DNA of 64,000 nucleotides from an uncultured bacterium (GTDB lineage Bacteria; Actinomycetota; Acidimicrobiia; Spongiisociales; ZC4RG35): NCBI GenBank assembly GCA_963751005.1, contig CAVVSY010000004.1, positions 761,808 to 825,807 of the forward strand, read 5' to 3'. Shown piece by piece: positions 54,226 to 64,000 of this stretch (position 1 is its first letter; each line of letters starts with the position of its first letter). The notes under the pieces were generated by a model. It saw only the letters and a program-made list of their open reading frames with translations, ran no database searches and was not told where the DNA came from. The position numbers and the translations under genes were made by a program.

Positions 54226-55260
54226 ATGAGCAAGCAAGTGACGTTGCGGGACGTCGCCAGAGAAGCTGGGGTGCACACCTCGACCGCATCGCGCGCCCTC
54301 AACCCGGAGACCCGCTCGATCGTCAACCGGGACACCGTGGAGCGGGTCCTGGCCACCGCGGACAGGCTCGGGTACCGCCCGCACCCGTTGGCGCAGGGTC
54401 TGCGGACCAACCGGACGATGTCGGTGGGGATGGTCATCCCCGACATCGAGAACCCGTTGTTCGGCCCCATCGTCGCCGGTGCGGAGCAGGTGCTGGGCAG
54501 TGAGGGCTATTCGCTGCTCATCACCAACGCCGACATCAACGAGGGGCGGACTAGTGACGTGGTGATGGCGCTGGTCGAGAGACGTGTCGACGGGATGATC
54601 CTGGCCTCTGCCTCCCGAAGTGACGAGATCATCCACGATCTGGTCGACGGTGGCATTCCCATGGTTCTCGTCAACCGGTCGACGGAGGGAGTCGGTGTCC
54701 CGGCGATCCTCGGCGACGACGTCACTGGCATCGGTCTCGCCGTCGACCACCTGGTCGGTCTCGGCCATCGGCGGATCGGGCATGTCGCCGGCCCGCAGCA
54801 TCTCTCCACGGGTCTCGCCCGTCACCAGGCGTTCATCAGCAGGATGCACAGTCTCGACCTCGGTCTCGAGTCCTCCGCTGTGGAGGAGGCGACCTGGTAT
54901 CAGGTCGATCCTGGCTACAAGGCGGCGCGGAGGTTGCTGGACCGTCGCCCGGACCTGACGGCGATAGTCGCCGCCAACGACCTCATCGCCCTCGGCTGTT
55001 ACCGGGCCGTCATGGAGTCGGGGTTGGAGGTGGGTGGCGATGTCTCCATCGTGGGCTACAACGACATCCCGTTGCTCGACCTCATGCAGCCACCGATGAC
55101 CTCGGTGCGGGTTCCCTACCGGCAGATGGGCATCGAGGCGGCGAACACCCTTCTCCCGATGATGACCGCGGGCTCGACACCGGGTCGCGCCGTTTCCATC
55201 CGTCTCACTCCCACGCTCTCCGTCCGCCAATCGACCGCGCCACCGAAGACGCGGACCTGA
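54226..55260 (+). CDS. LacI-family transcriptional regulator, paralog 2
   Basis: HTH VTLRDVAREAGVHTSTASRALN; intact 344 aa. Confidence 0.85.
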   Translation: MSKQVTLRDVAREAGVHTSTASRALNPETRSIVNRDTVERVLATADRLGYRPHPLAQGLRTNRTMSVGMVIPDIENPLFGPIVAGAEQVLGSEGYSLLITNADINEGRTSDVVMALVERRVDGMILASASRSDEIIHDLVDGGIPMVLVNRSTEGVGVPAILGDDVTGIGLAVDHLVGLGHRRIGHVAGPQHLSTGLARHQAFISRMHSLDLGLESSAVEEATWYQVDPGYKAARRLLDRRPDLTAIVAANDLIALGCYRAVMESGLEVGGDVSIVGYNDIPLLDLMQPPMTSVRVPYRQMGIEAANTLLPMMTAGSTPGRAVSIRLTPTLSVRQSTAPPKTRT

Positions 55261-55306
55261 TCTGCGGAGGCGGTCCGTCAGTCGGCCGTCACCAGCAACC
55301 TTCGGG

Positions 55307-56467
55307 TCAGCGGCGCAGTGTCTCCGGGAGGACGACCACCGCGGCGATGGTCGTGGCGGCGGTGACTACGAGCAAGGGAATCGTGGCCGCCGTCCGCCCG
55401 CTCGCCTCATAGAGGGCGCCGGCGAGGAGCGGGGTGACCATCAGCCCGAGATCGCCGGCGAATCGGAAGGCGCCCAACTGCCGACCCAACGCTTTGCCCT
55501 CGCTCAAGTCGGCGAGGACCGTGGTGCCCACGTTGACCGCAACCGAGCCGAGCGTGACCGCGATGATGGTGGCCCACCATGCCACGGGCCCCCCGAGCAC
55601 CGCGAACAGGGCGAGCCCGACGGTCTGCAGGACCAGACCTGGGATCAACGCCCATCGCCTCCCGATCGAGTCGGAGACTCGACCTGACGTGATCGCCCCG
55701 ACGAGACGGGCGAGCCCCCCGATCCCGATTGCGATGCCGACCGTGGCCGCCCCCATCCCGAGCTCGTCGTCACCGACGATGGGCACCAGGGTCTGGATGA
55801 TGGCTGCCCCGATCGAGAACTGAACGATGGGGAGCATGTAGATCACGGCGAGGATCCGTCGCGGGATGGGAGAGGCAGGGCTCTCCTCGGTGCTCGCCGG
55901 CGCCCGCACCGGGGCGGTGCCCGGATGGCGCATGAAGAACGGGATCACGCCGGCGACGATCACGGCGCTCACCACCATCGCCACCCTCCAGTCCCAGATG
56001 GTCCCGAGCACCCCACCGAGAGCGGGCCCGATGGCCTGGCCGACGAGGAGCGCCGCCGCGAAGAAGGCGAGTGACGCCCCCCGCTGCAGCCGCGGGGCTC
56101 TGGCGAAGAAGGCCATGGACCCGGTGAGCGTCCAGGTCGAGCCCACCCCGAGTGCGAACGACGCGATGAAGGCGACCACCGCCACCGGGGCGAGCCCGAA
56201 CAGCAGACTGCCACCGGCGACCAGCGCCGCCGCCACCGCCATCATCGAGCCGGGACGGGACCGGTCGGTGATGGCACCCGCGGGAAGATCCGCGGTGAGC
56301 CGACCGAGAGCGAAGGCCGACCCCAGGCCACCGAGCCCCAGGGCGGAGAGCCCGAGATCGCGTCCGACCGCAGGAAGGAGCGGAGCTCGAAGGAAGGCGA
56401 TGGAGGTGATGATGAACAGACCGGCGCCCATGCCGCGACGGAAGGCCTGAGAACTTTCCGGCGTCAT
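55307..56467 (-). CDS. MFS transporter
   Basis: Twelve-helix hydrophobic profile; motif GRVSDSIGRR (MFS motif A-like). Confidence 0.8.
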   Translation of the reverse strand: MTPESSQAFRRGMGAGLFIITSIAFLRAPLLPAVGRDLGLSALGLGGLGSAFALGRLTADLPAGAITDRSRPGSMMAVAAALVAGGSLLFGLAPVAVVAFIASFALGVGSTWTLTGSMAFFARAPRLQRGASLAFFAAALLVGQAIGPALGGVLGTIWDWRVAMVVSAVIVAGVIPFFMRHPGTAPVRAPASTEESPASPIPRRILAVIYMLPIVQFSIGAAIIQTLVPIVGDDELGMGAATVGIAIGIGGLARLVGAITSGRVSDSIGRRWALIPGLVLQTVGLALFAVLGGPVAWWATIIAVTLGSVAVNVGTTVLADLSEGKALGRQLGAFRFAGDLGLMVTPLLAGALYEASGRTAATIPLLVVTAATTIAAVVVLPETLRR

Positions 56468-56540
56468 CGGTGTGGGGCAGGACCTTCGATCAGAGACTCA
56501 TGACAGGACGTTACGGTCGGCGACCATACCGCCCCGCCGA

Positions 56541-57467
56541 TCAGGACAATCCGTCCGATACCGGCGTGTCCTCAGGCTCCATCTCCCGCCCCGAGGCACG
56601 GGCTTGCTTGGTGAGCATCGCGGCAAAGTCCTGGTCGCCGTATCCGAGACCGATGCCTTCGACGATGATCGAGTGCACGAGGGCCGCGGTCGGCACCGGT
56701 ATGTCGAGATCGTTGGCCGACTCGAGCCCCAGTTCGAAGTCTTTGCGCAGAAGGTGCCAGGTGAACGTGGGCGTGTAGTCGAGGTTGACGAAAGCCGGGG
56801 TCTTGTACTGGGTGAACATCGATCCCATCACCGAGTCGTTGAGGAAGTCGAGAAAGTCGGCCCGCGAGACCCCGGAGGCCTCGGCCAGCACCGTGATCTC
56901 CGCCATCGACTGCGAGACGATCCCCAACATCAGGTTGTGACAGATCTTCACGAGTCGGGCCTCGTCGCCCTTTCCGACGTAGGTGACCTTGCGGCCGAAG
57001 TTGTCGAGATGTGGCCGGACCTTCTCGTATGCGTCCTCAGGCCCGGAGGCGACCACCGTGAGTCGACCGGCCTTGACCACTTTCGGGTTGCCGCTCACCG
57101 GCGCCGCCAAGATCTGCACGCCGCGGCTCTCGGCTTCGGTCCGGAGTTGCTTGGACGTCGTCGGATCGATCGTGGTCGAGTCGACCAGCACAGATGGTCG
57201 TGTGTCGTCACGGCTGAGGACCCCGTTGGGGCCAGTGGTCACCTCGAGGACGTCCTGAGGACCGGCGACCATGATGAACACGATGTCGAGACCGGCCAGC
57301 TCGGCGGGCGAGTCGACGACCTTGGCGCCATGTTCGGCGAGCATCTCGGCCTTGGACCGGGTCCGGTTGTAGACCCACACCTCGGTGCCGGCGTCGAGGA
57401 GTCGTCTCACCAGAGCGGACCCCATGCGCCCCGCCCCGATCCAACCGACCTGTGCTCCACTTGTCAT
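56541..57467 (-). CDS. NAD(P)-dependent oxidoreductase, HIBADH family
   Basis: QVGWIGAGRMGSALV; HIBADH-like length; intact. Confidence 0.8.
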   Translation of the reverse strand: MTSGAQVGWIGAGRMGSALVRRLLDAGTEVWVYNRTRSKAEMLAEHGAKVVDSPAELAGLDIVFIMVAGPQDVLEVTTGPNGVLSRDDTRPSVLVDSTTIDPTTSKQLRTEAESRGVQILAAPVSGNPKVVKAGRLTVVASGPEDAYEKVRPHLDNFGRKVTYVGKGDEARLVKICHNLMLGIVSQSMAEITVLAEASGVSRADFLDFLNDSVMGSMFTQYKTPAFVNLDYTPTFTWHLLRKDFELGLESANDLDIPVPTAALVHSIIVEGIGLGYGDQDFAAMLTKQARASGREMEPEDTPVSDGLS

Positions 57468-57478
57468 CGTGTCGATCC

Positions 57479-57510
57479 TCCGACCCTGTGTGGCGTCCGA
57501 CCCTGTGTGG
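57479..57510. promoter_or_regulatory. tandem direct repeat TCCGACCCTGTGTGG x2 (17-bp period) immediately upstream of the 57467 start
   Basis: Read directly from the sequence. Confidence 0.3.
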
Positions 57511-57550
57511 TCGTTCCGTGACCAGCCGGTCGGCGGTAGCCGTCTTCCGA

Positions 57551-57580
57551 CTGTGCAATCGTTTGTATTCAACCGTTACG
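57551..57580. promoter_or_regulatory. LacI-type operator GTGCAATCGTTTGTAT with adjacent CAACCGTTACG half-site
   Basis: Matches the recurrent motif. Confidence 0.4.
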
Positions 57581-57755
57581 CGACTGCCCCGTCAACCCGG
57601 AATGGAATCGCGAGGGTGACTGGCTGTGCCGGACCCAGGGTTACCACGGTTTTGTCACCCCTTTTCGCCGGCGCGTTCGAAATCAGAGGCGATAGGCTCG
57701 CCCCGAGGAGGCGGTACTGGTCGGTGCAAAGACCGGACGCATCCCGACCACAACC

Positions 57756-57773
57756 TACAATCGTTTGCTTCCT
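57756..57773. promoter_or_regulatory. LacI-type operator ACAATCGTTTGC 38 bp upstream of the liv-type SBP start
   Basis: Matches the recurrent motif; overlaps the probable core promoter. Confidence 0.4.
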
Positions 57774-57810
57774 GCCCCGGGTGGGAACGCAAGTGAGGAG
57801 GAACAGGAAG

Positions 57811-59204
57811 ATGAGATCGTGGAGACATCTGGCCGCGATTCTGACCGTGCTGGCATTGCTGGTGGCGGCCTGCGGCGGCGACGGTGGCGATGGTGCGACC
57901 ACCACCGCCGGTGAGGGAAGCGACACCACTGCCGCCGGCTCCGACACCACCGCGGTGAGGGAAGCGACACCACAGCCGCAGGAGGTGGCGAGCCGATCGT
58001 GGCCGCCACGTCACTCCCGCTGACGGGCGAGTTCTCGATCCCCGCCGCCAAGCATCTCGACGGGTATCAACTCTGTGTCGACCTGATCAATGATCGGGGC
58101 GGGATTCTCGGCCGCCCATTCGAACTCGACTTCGAGGACAACCAGTCCGATCAGGAGATCGCCGTCACCCAGTACGAGCGCATGGTCGCCGAGGCGGACA
58201 TCCTCTTCGGCACGTTCTCCAGCCTCCTCACCGGCCCGACCTCGGCGATCGCCGAGCAGAACGGGATGGTGTACCCGGTGCCTTCGGGTGGCGCCCAGCG
58301 CATCTGGGAGCGCGGGTTCGAGAACATGTTCTACTTCCAGGCGCAGCCCGCCGAAGGAGTGGGGTCGGCACCGACCAACGCCCTCCTCTACTACCGGGAC
58401 CAGGGATTGATCTCCGAGGAGGACTTCCCGGAGACGGCTGCCGTCGTGTACGCCGATGACCCCTTCGCTGCCGCCGGTCGCAACGGGCTCGCCGGTGGGA
58501 CGGTTAACGACCCCGCAACCGGGGAAGTCCTCGCCGACCTGGCACCCGGCTATCTCGCCGATGCCGGCATCGAGATCGTGTTCGACGAGCAATGGCCGGT
58601 CGGCTTCACCGACTGGGTGACCTTCGCCAACTCCATCGCCGCCAGCGGCGCCGAGTCGGTGTGGGCGGCGACCGCCTCGGTCGACGAGGCGATCTCCCTG
58701 ATCCAGGCTCTGCAGCAGGTGGGCCATCAGCCGTCGTTCGTCTGGATGTCCCAGGGTGCTCAGACCGAGTTCCTCGACGAGCTGGGCGACGCCGCCAACG
58801 GCATCACCATGCACACCGTGTGGCACCCGTCGGCTGAGTACACCGGTCTGCTCGCAGGCGAGGAGTACACCAACGCCCAGTTCCAGGAGGACTTCGAAGC
58901 CGCCTACGACCGTGCCCCCGACGAGGACGAGGCGATCCCCTTCGCCGTGTGCCAGGGAATGGAGCAGGCGATCCTCGCGACCGGCACCACCGACAATGCG
59001 GAGCTGGCGCAATGGCTCCGTGACCGCACGGAGGATGACCCGGTGCGGACTGTCCTCGGCGACTTCCACTGGGACGAGCGCGGTCTTCCCATAGGGCGGG
59101 ACTACATCCTCAACCAGTGGCAGGACGGCGTGCTGGAGTTCGTCTATCCGGTAGGTGAGGGGCTCGACACCGTCGACCTGGTGTTCCCCAAGACCGAGTG
59201 GTAA
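57811..59204 (+). CDS. branched-chain amino acid (Leu/Ile/Val-type) ABC substrate-binding lipoprotein, one frameshift inside a tandem-repeat linker
   Basis: Lipobox LLVAACGG; Thr/Gly-rich linker with a duplicated GEGSDTTAAGSDTTA unit; body in the frame of ORF 57999-59204. Confidence 0.7.
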
Positions 59205-59218
59205 CCAGACCCGTGACG

Positions 59219-60014
59219 ATGGAGGGGCCGGCGCAAGCCTGGCCCCTCCATCATGCGAATAGTGAGGAGTGGCTCGTAGCCGATCTTCTGGAAGTCCGTG
59301 AGATCAGCAAGGCGTATGGCGGCATTCAGGCCGTCGACCGCTGCAGCTTCTCGGTGGAGGAGGGCTCGATCACCGGTCTGATCGGGCCCAATGGCGCCGG
59401 CAAGACGACGGCTTTCGACATCATCAGTGGCATCGTCGAGCCGGATGCCGGCACGGTGGTCTTCGATGGGACCGATATCACCAACTGGATGCCTCACCGG
59501 GTCACCAGGACCGGCGTCAGCCGGACCTTTCAGATCACCCGGGCGCTGGGTGACCTGACGGTTTTGGAGAACATGGTCGTGGGATCGCCGACCAGCGGCT
59601 GGCGAAGTCTTCTCGGCTCCCGGATCCTGCAACGTGAAGAGGACCGAGCGATGGACCTGCTCCGCTTCGTCGGCATCGATCGTCTCGCATTCACCTCGGC
59701 CGAGTCGTTGTCCTACGGGCAGAAGAAGCTGTTGGAGTTTGCCTCGGTCCTAATGCCCGAGCCCAAGCTGATCATGCTCGACGAGCCGGCGGGCGGGGTG
59801 AACCCCGCACTGCTCGAGCGGATCATGGACCACATCCGCGGCGTTGAACGCGTCCGGCATCACCTTCCTGATCGTCGAGCACAACATGGACGTGGTGATG
59901 TCGCTATGCAGCTCGATCGTCGTCATGGCTCACGGCGAGGTCCTCGCCAAGGGGACGCCGGACATGATCCGGGCCGACGACACCGTCCTCGACGCCTATC
60001 TGGGGAGGGCCTGA
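59219..60014 (+). CDS. ABC ATP-binding protein (LivG-like), frameshift near 59845
   Basis: GPNGAGKTT... LSYGQKKLLEFA... LDEPAGGVNP; C-terminus (TFLIVEHNMDVVMSLCSSIVVMAHGEVLAKG) in a second frame. Confidence 0.65.
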
Positions 60015-60017
60015 GCG

Positions 60018-60758
60018 GTGGCCCTCCTCGAGATCGAGGCGGTGGTCGCCGGCTATGGCGCCGGGCCCGACATCCTCACCGGGGTCTCTGTCGACATCGA
60101 GGAGGGGACGTCCTACTGCATCGTCGGGCCCAACGGGGCCGGCAAGTCGACCTTGCTCCGGGCGATCGCCGGCTTCCTCAAGCCACGTGCCGGCGAAGTC
60201 CGGCTCGATGGCAAGGTCATGAACGGCTCCCGCCCCGACCAGATGCTCGCCGCCGGGGTGTGCTTCGTCCCTCAGGACGCCAGTCTCTTCCCGATGATGA
60301 CGGTCAAGGAGAACCTGGCCATGGGCGGCTATCTCATCGACGACAGATCCCTGCTCCGGGAGCGCATGGAGATGGTCTACGAGACCTTCCCGGCCTTGGC
60401 GGAGCGGAAGAGCCAGAACGCCGGGAACCTCTCCGGTGGCGAGCAGCAGATGGTGACCCTGGGGCGGGCCCTGATGATCGAGCCGAGGGTGGTGATGATC
60501 GACGAGCCGAGCCTGGGTCTCGCCCCGATGATCGCCGATCAGATCTTCGAGAAGATCCGGGGCTTCGGTGATCTGGGGATCACCGTCGTCCTCGTCGAGC
60601 AGAACGCGGTGAAGGGATTGGAGAGCGTCGATTGGGGCATCGTCCTCGACCTCGGCTCCAAGGAGTTCGAGGGACCGGCCGACGGGATCCTCGCCGACCC
60701 GAGGATCCGGGAGCTGTACCTGGGCAAGGCGATGGCACCGCGGGTGGAGGAGACCTGA
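60018..60758 (+). CDS. ABC ATP-binding protein (LivF-like)
   Basis: GPNGAGKSTLL, LSGGEQQMV, MIDEPSLGLAP; intact. Confidence 0.85.
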   Translation: MALLEIEAVVAGYGAGPDILTGVSVDIEEGTSYCIVGPNGAGKSTLLRAIAGFLKPRAGEVRLDGKVMNGSRPDQMLAAGVCFVPQDASLFPMMTVKENLAMGGYLIDDRSLLRERMEMVYETFPALAERKSQNAGNLSGGEQQMVTLGRALMIEPRVVMIDEPSLGLAPMIADQIFEKIRGFGDLGITVVLVEQNAVKGLESVDWGIVLDLGSKEFEGPADGILADPRIRELYLGKAMAPRVEET

Positions 60759-61630
60759 TGCAGTGGGTGCAGATCCTCGTGCTCGGGATCCTCCTGGGAG
60801 GGGTCTACGCCATGATGGCCTCCGGGCTCACCCTGCTCTTCGGGGTGATGCGGGTGGTGAACCTGGCCCACGCCGCCTTCATCCTGGTGGCCTCCTACAT
60901 CACTTACGTCCTCTTCGAGAGCATGGCGATCGACCCGATCGTCTCTCTCGTGGTCACCATCCCGGTCATGTTCGGTCTCGGAGTGGGCGTCTATCTCTTG
61001 CTCTTCCCCCGTCTCGAGGGAAGCCCTCGTTACGTGGAGATGACCGTGCTGCTCACGTTCGGCCTCGCCCTGATCATCGAGGGGCTGCTCACCTTCTTCT
61101 TCACCGGCATCTTCCGCTCGGTTCGCCCCGAGTACGCGGCGACCTCGGTGATGATCGGCGACATCTTCATGCCTACCAGCCAGCTCTACGCCTCGGTGAT
61201 CAGCTTCGCCCTGCTCATCGTGCTCTGGGGGGTGCTCCAGTTCACCAAGACCGGGACGGCGATCCGGGCGACGATGCAGAACCGGGCGGCGGCCCAGATC
61301 GTCGGGGTCAACGTGCGCCGGGTCTCGGCGATCGCCTTCGGGATCGGGATGTCGCTGGCCGGCGCCGCCGGCTCGCTGCTCAGCTTCCTGTTCCCGTTCT
61401 TCCCGGCGAGACATTGGCAGTGGATCGCTCTGCTGCTCGCTCTGATCGTGCTCGGTGGCATGGGCAGCATCAAGGGGGCGGTGATCGGCGCCGTGCTCCT
61501 CGCGGTGGCCGGGGCGTTCGTCACCGACATCATCGGCCCGACGTGGACCCCGATCACGTTCTATCTCACCCTGTTCCTCATCCTCCTGGTCCGGCCGCAG
61601 GGTCTGTTCGGCGCCAAGGTGAGGTTGTAA
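60758..61630 (+). CDS. branched-chain amino acid ABC permease (LivH-like)
   Basis: Intact about 290 aa; start overlaps the upstream stop (TGATG). Confidence 0.85.
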   Translation: MQWVQILVLGILLGGVYAMMASGLTLLFGVMRVVNLAHAAFILVASYITYVLFESMAIDPIVSLVVTIPVMFGLGVGVYLLLFPRLEGSPRYVEMTVLLTFGLALIIEGLLTFFFTGIFRSVRPEYAATSVMIGDIFMPTSQLYASVISFALLIVLWGVLQFTKTGTAIRATMQNRAAAQIVGVNVRRVSAIAFGIGMSLAGAAGSLLSFLFPFFPARHWQWIALLLALIVLGGMGSIKGAVIGAVLLAVAGAFVTDIIGPTWTPITFYLTLFLILLVRPQGLFGAKVRL

Positions 61631-61634
61631 GTCG

Positions 61635-62667
61635 ATGGCAGTCGTCGAGCACAGCGAGCACAGCGAGGAGATCGTGGCCGGAGCACCCGAGCCAGGGGCG
61701 GGCACCCGGTCGCGTCGGGTGACCCTCATCGTGGCGTTGGCGGTGATCCTGCTCTTCCCTGTCATCGCCGTCCCGATCTTCGAGTCCTACGCCTACGTGA
61801 TGCAGATCGGGATGCTGATGCTGATGTGGATCGCGATGTCGTCGAGCTGGAACATCATCGGTGGCTTCGCCGGGTACATCTCGCTCGGCCATGGGGTGTT
61901 CTTCGCCATCGGCGGGTACAGCGCCGGGCTGATGCTCGCCCACTGGGGGATTTCGCCGTTCCTGTCCCTGCCGGCGGCGGGGCTCGCCGCCACGGCTGTC
62001 GGGTTCCTCGCTGGGCTGATCACCCTCCGTACCAGGGGCCCGGCGTTCATCGTGGCCACCATCGCCATGCTGTTCCTGTTCCTGCTCTGGTTCGACAACT
62101 GGGAGTTCATCGGGGCCTCGAACGGTCTCGACCTGCCGCTGATCGAGATCCCCGTCCGCTGGCTGAAGGTCCCGTTCTATTACGCCATGGCGCATCTCGG
62201 CGATCGGGGCGGTGTATCTCGCCTACCGGGTCGCCCATTCCAAGTTCGGTCTGGGGCTTCGGGCGATCAGCCAGGACGAGACCAAGGCCGAGGTCGCCGG
62301 AATAAACACGCGCTGGTACAAGGTCTGGGCGTTCGCTCTGAGCGCATTCTTCATCGGGACGTCGGGGGCCATCTACGGGTACTCCTTGACCCATCTCCGA
62401 CCCCTCACCTTCTTCGCCATCGCGGTGGCGGCGAGGATGGTGCTGATGTCGATCATCGGGGGTAGGGGGACGGTGGCCGGCCCGGTGTTGGGCGCCATAC
62501 TGATCATCGGGGTGAACGAATTCGCGGTGCGTCAGCTCGGGGAGAGCGCCCTCAACATCGTCTTCACCGGCAGCATCCTCGTCATCGCCCTGCTGTTCTT
62601 CCCCCAAGGCATCGTCGGCAGCCTGCGCAAAGCGGGCAAGCTCCCCGCGTTCCTCGACTGGGACTGA
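61635..62667 (+). CDS. branched-chain amino acid ABC permease (LivM-like), frameshift near 62200
   Basis: N-terminal half in the frame of ORF 61635-62465; C-terminal half in the frame of ORF 62212-62667. Confidence 0.65.
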
Positions 62668-62699
62668 GCTCTTCCTGACCCGTGAGGACGGAGTTCCGT

Positions 62700-64000
62700 C
62701 CCTACGCCGTTTCGTTCGCCGGGATGACCGGTACCAGGAGCCGGGAGAGACGACCCGCCCCGGTGTGCACTTTCACCTCGCCGCCGAAGATGTCCGCCGG
62801 CCGGTCCAAAGGGTCGTCGTGGAGGAACGGCCCGCACCCGGTGAGCCGGTTCTTGAAGGTGGTCAGCGACGCCTCGCCGAGGTCGCCCTCGTACTCGTAG
62901 TCGTTGCCCCTGATGCTGAGACCGAGGCGATAGCCGGCCGGGATGACGATCGACGTCGGCCAGATCTCGACGTCCAGCTCGTAGACCTCGCCGGGGGTCA
63001 GGGGCTCGATCGCTGTCGTGGGTGTGATATGGCCGATACGGGGAGCGACAACTCCGGGTCGAGATGGCGATGCGAGGCACGGAGCCAACCCTGGGCGATG
63101 GGGGTGTGCGGGTCGATCGCCCCCTGGAAGGTGACCTCGTCACCGTCGGGATCGAAGACACGGACGACGGCGAAGATGTCGGCGTCCTCGGTGGCCGAGG
63201 AGATGAACAGCTTCAGCGGCCAACGGCCCGGTGACCTCGGTCTCCGTCTCGAACGGGTCGAGGAGGAACGTGATCCCCGTCCCGGTCGGCGTCGTAGGTG
63301 ACCTCGGCCTCGTGACGTGGGCCGGGCCTTGGTCGGACAGCGAGTTCGCCGGCATCGAGGAACAGGTCGGTCCACTGGGTCTCGGGCAGTGGCCATGGCG
63401 ACGAGCTCGCTCCTCGAAATGGTCGAGATGCCGGATCTGGAGCCGACCGGTGGCCCCGGTCCCAGCCGTTGTCCTCCCCTTTCAGGTAGTGGGCGAAGAA
63501 CTCGCTTCTGGAGGGTCGACCCCGTAGTCGGTGTAGAAGTGGGTCCAGTGCTCGAGACCGTGGATCTCCAGCCACTTGCGCGAGCTGGCGGAGCGGACGA
63601 AGCCCTCGACGTTGCCCCGGAGATGGAGACCCTGACCACCCCAGTTGCCCGCGGAGAGGAGGGGGACGTCGATCATCGACCAGACCGGGCGACCGGTCGC
63701 GGTGGAACTCGTCGTCGAGTGGATGGCTGCGGATGTCGGCTGCCGAGGTCGGCCCGGTTCGCCTCGAGTTCGTCGTCCTCAGGGTGACGTCGCCGGTGAC
63801 GGGCACCCCGGTCACCTGCGAAACCGCCCCCCGATCGCCGAGCCCGTGCTGGACGGTCTTCACCTGCATGTCGTACCAGTTGGCCCAGAAGGTGGAGAGG
63901 ATCCCGCCATGGTGGGTCATGTCCCGGTAGCAGTCGGCGGCGCCCTCCCATACGCACATCGCGGCCAGGTGCTCGGGTTGTCGCGAGGCGGCGTGCCATT
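62700..64000 (-). pseudogene. CocE/NonD-family hydrolase, paralog 2, multiply frameshifted; continues beyond the window end
   Basis: C-terminal beta-sandwich (IFAVVRVFDPDGDEVTFQGAIDPHTPIAQGWLRASHRHLD; GEVYELDVEIWPTSIVIPAGYRLG; RLLVPVIP) and mid-section SAGNWGGQGLHLRGN... in different frames. Confidence 0.5.

Noticed and set aside
1-64000. CRISPR arrays, tRNA/rRNA genes, IS/transposase or integrase genes, phage genes, toxin-antitoxin pairs
   Set aside because: No short regularly spaced repeats, no tRNA-like T-loop/acceptor patterns, no DDE/tyrosine-recombinase or phage structural motifs were seen in any frame.

Overview
This is a 64 kb, roughly 70% GC window that reads like an actinobacterial accessory/catabolic island. 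There are no rRNA, tRNA, CRISPR or transposase genes. It is densely packed with small-molecule catabolic enzymes, many as paralogous sets. These include three ACMSD/LigW-like amidohydrolases, three or four HIBADH-like dehydrogenases, two creatininases and two creatinase-like M24 peptidases. Also present are two DapA-family lyases, an ornithine-cyclodeaminase homologue, two CocE/NonD hydrolases, two DUF1100-type alpha/beta hydrolases and a CoxL-type molybdenum hydroxylase. Other enzymes are cupins, Gfo/Idh/MocA and MDR dehydrogenases, and a GrdB/PrdB-family protein. These sit alongside one NitT/TauT-type ABC operon, two oligopeptide-type ABC operons, one Liv-type ABC operon, an MFS transporter and two DMT transporters. 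Regulators are one GntR and two LacI-family proteins. Three things stand out. First, two in-frame TGA codons fall exactly at catalytic redox positions. One is the peroxidatic Cys of an AhpE-like peroxiredoxin (12683-12685), and the other forms a UxxC motif in a PrdB/GrdB-like protein (26469-26471). They are candidate selenocysteine codons, or possibly nonsense errors. Second, a recurrent LacI-type operator (core GCAAWCGWTTGC) appears in at least 14 intergenic regions, tying most operons into one putative regulon. Third, a strikingly bimodal pattern of gene integrity. About half the genes are perfectly intact and the rest each carry several frameshifts. This suggests genuine pseudogenisation or local assembly error rather than uniform noise. 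Two near-identical 22-bp perfect hairpins overlap stop codons and look like a repeated palindromic element family. Coordinates of frameshifted genes are approximate.
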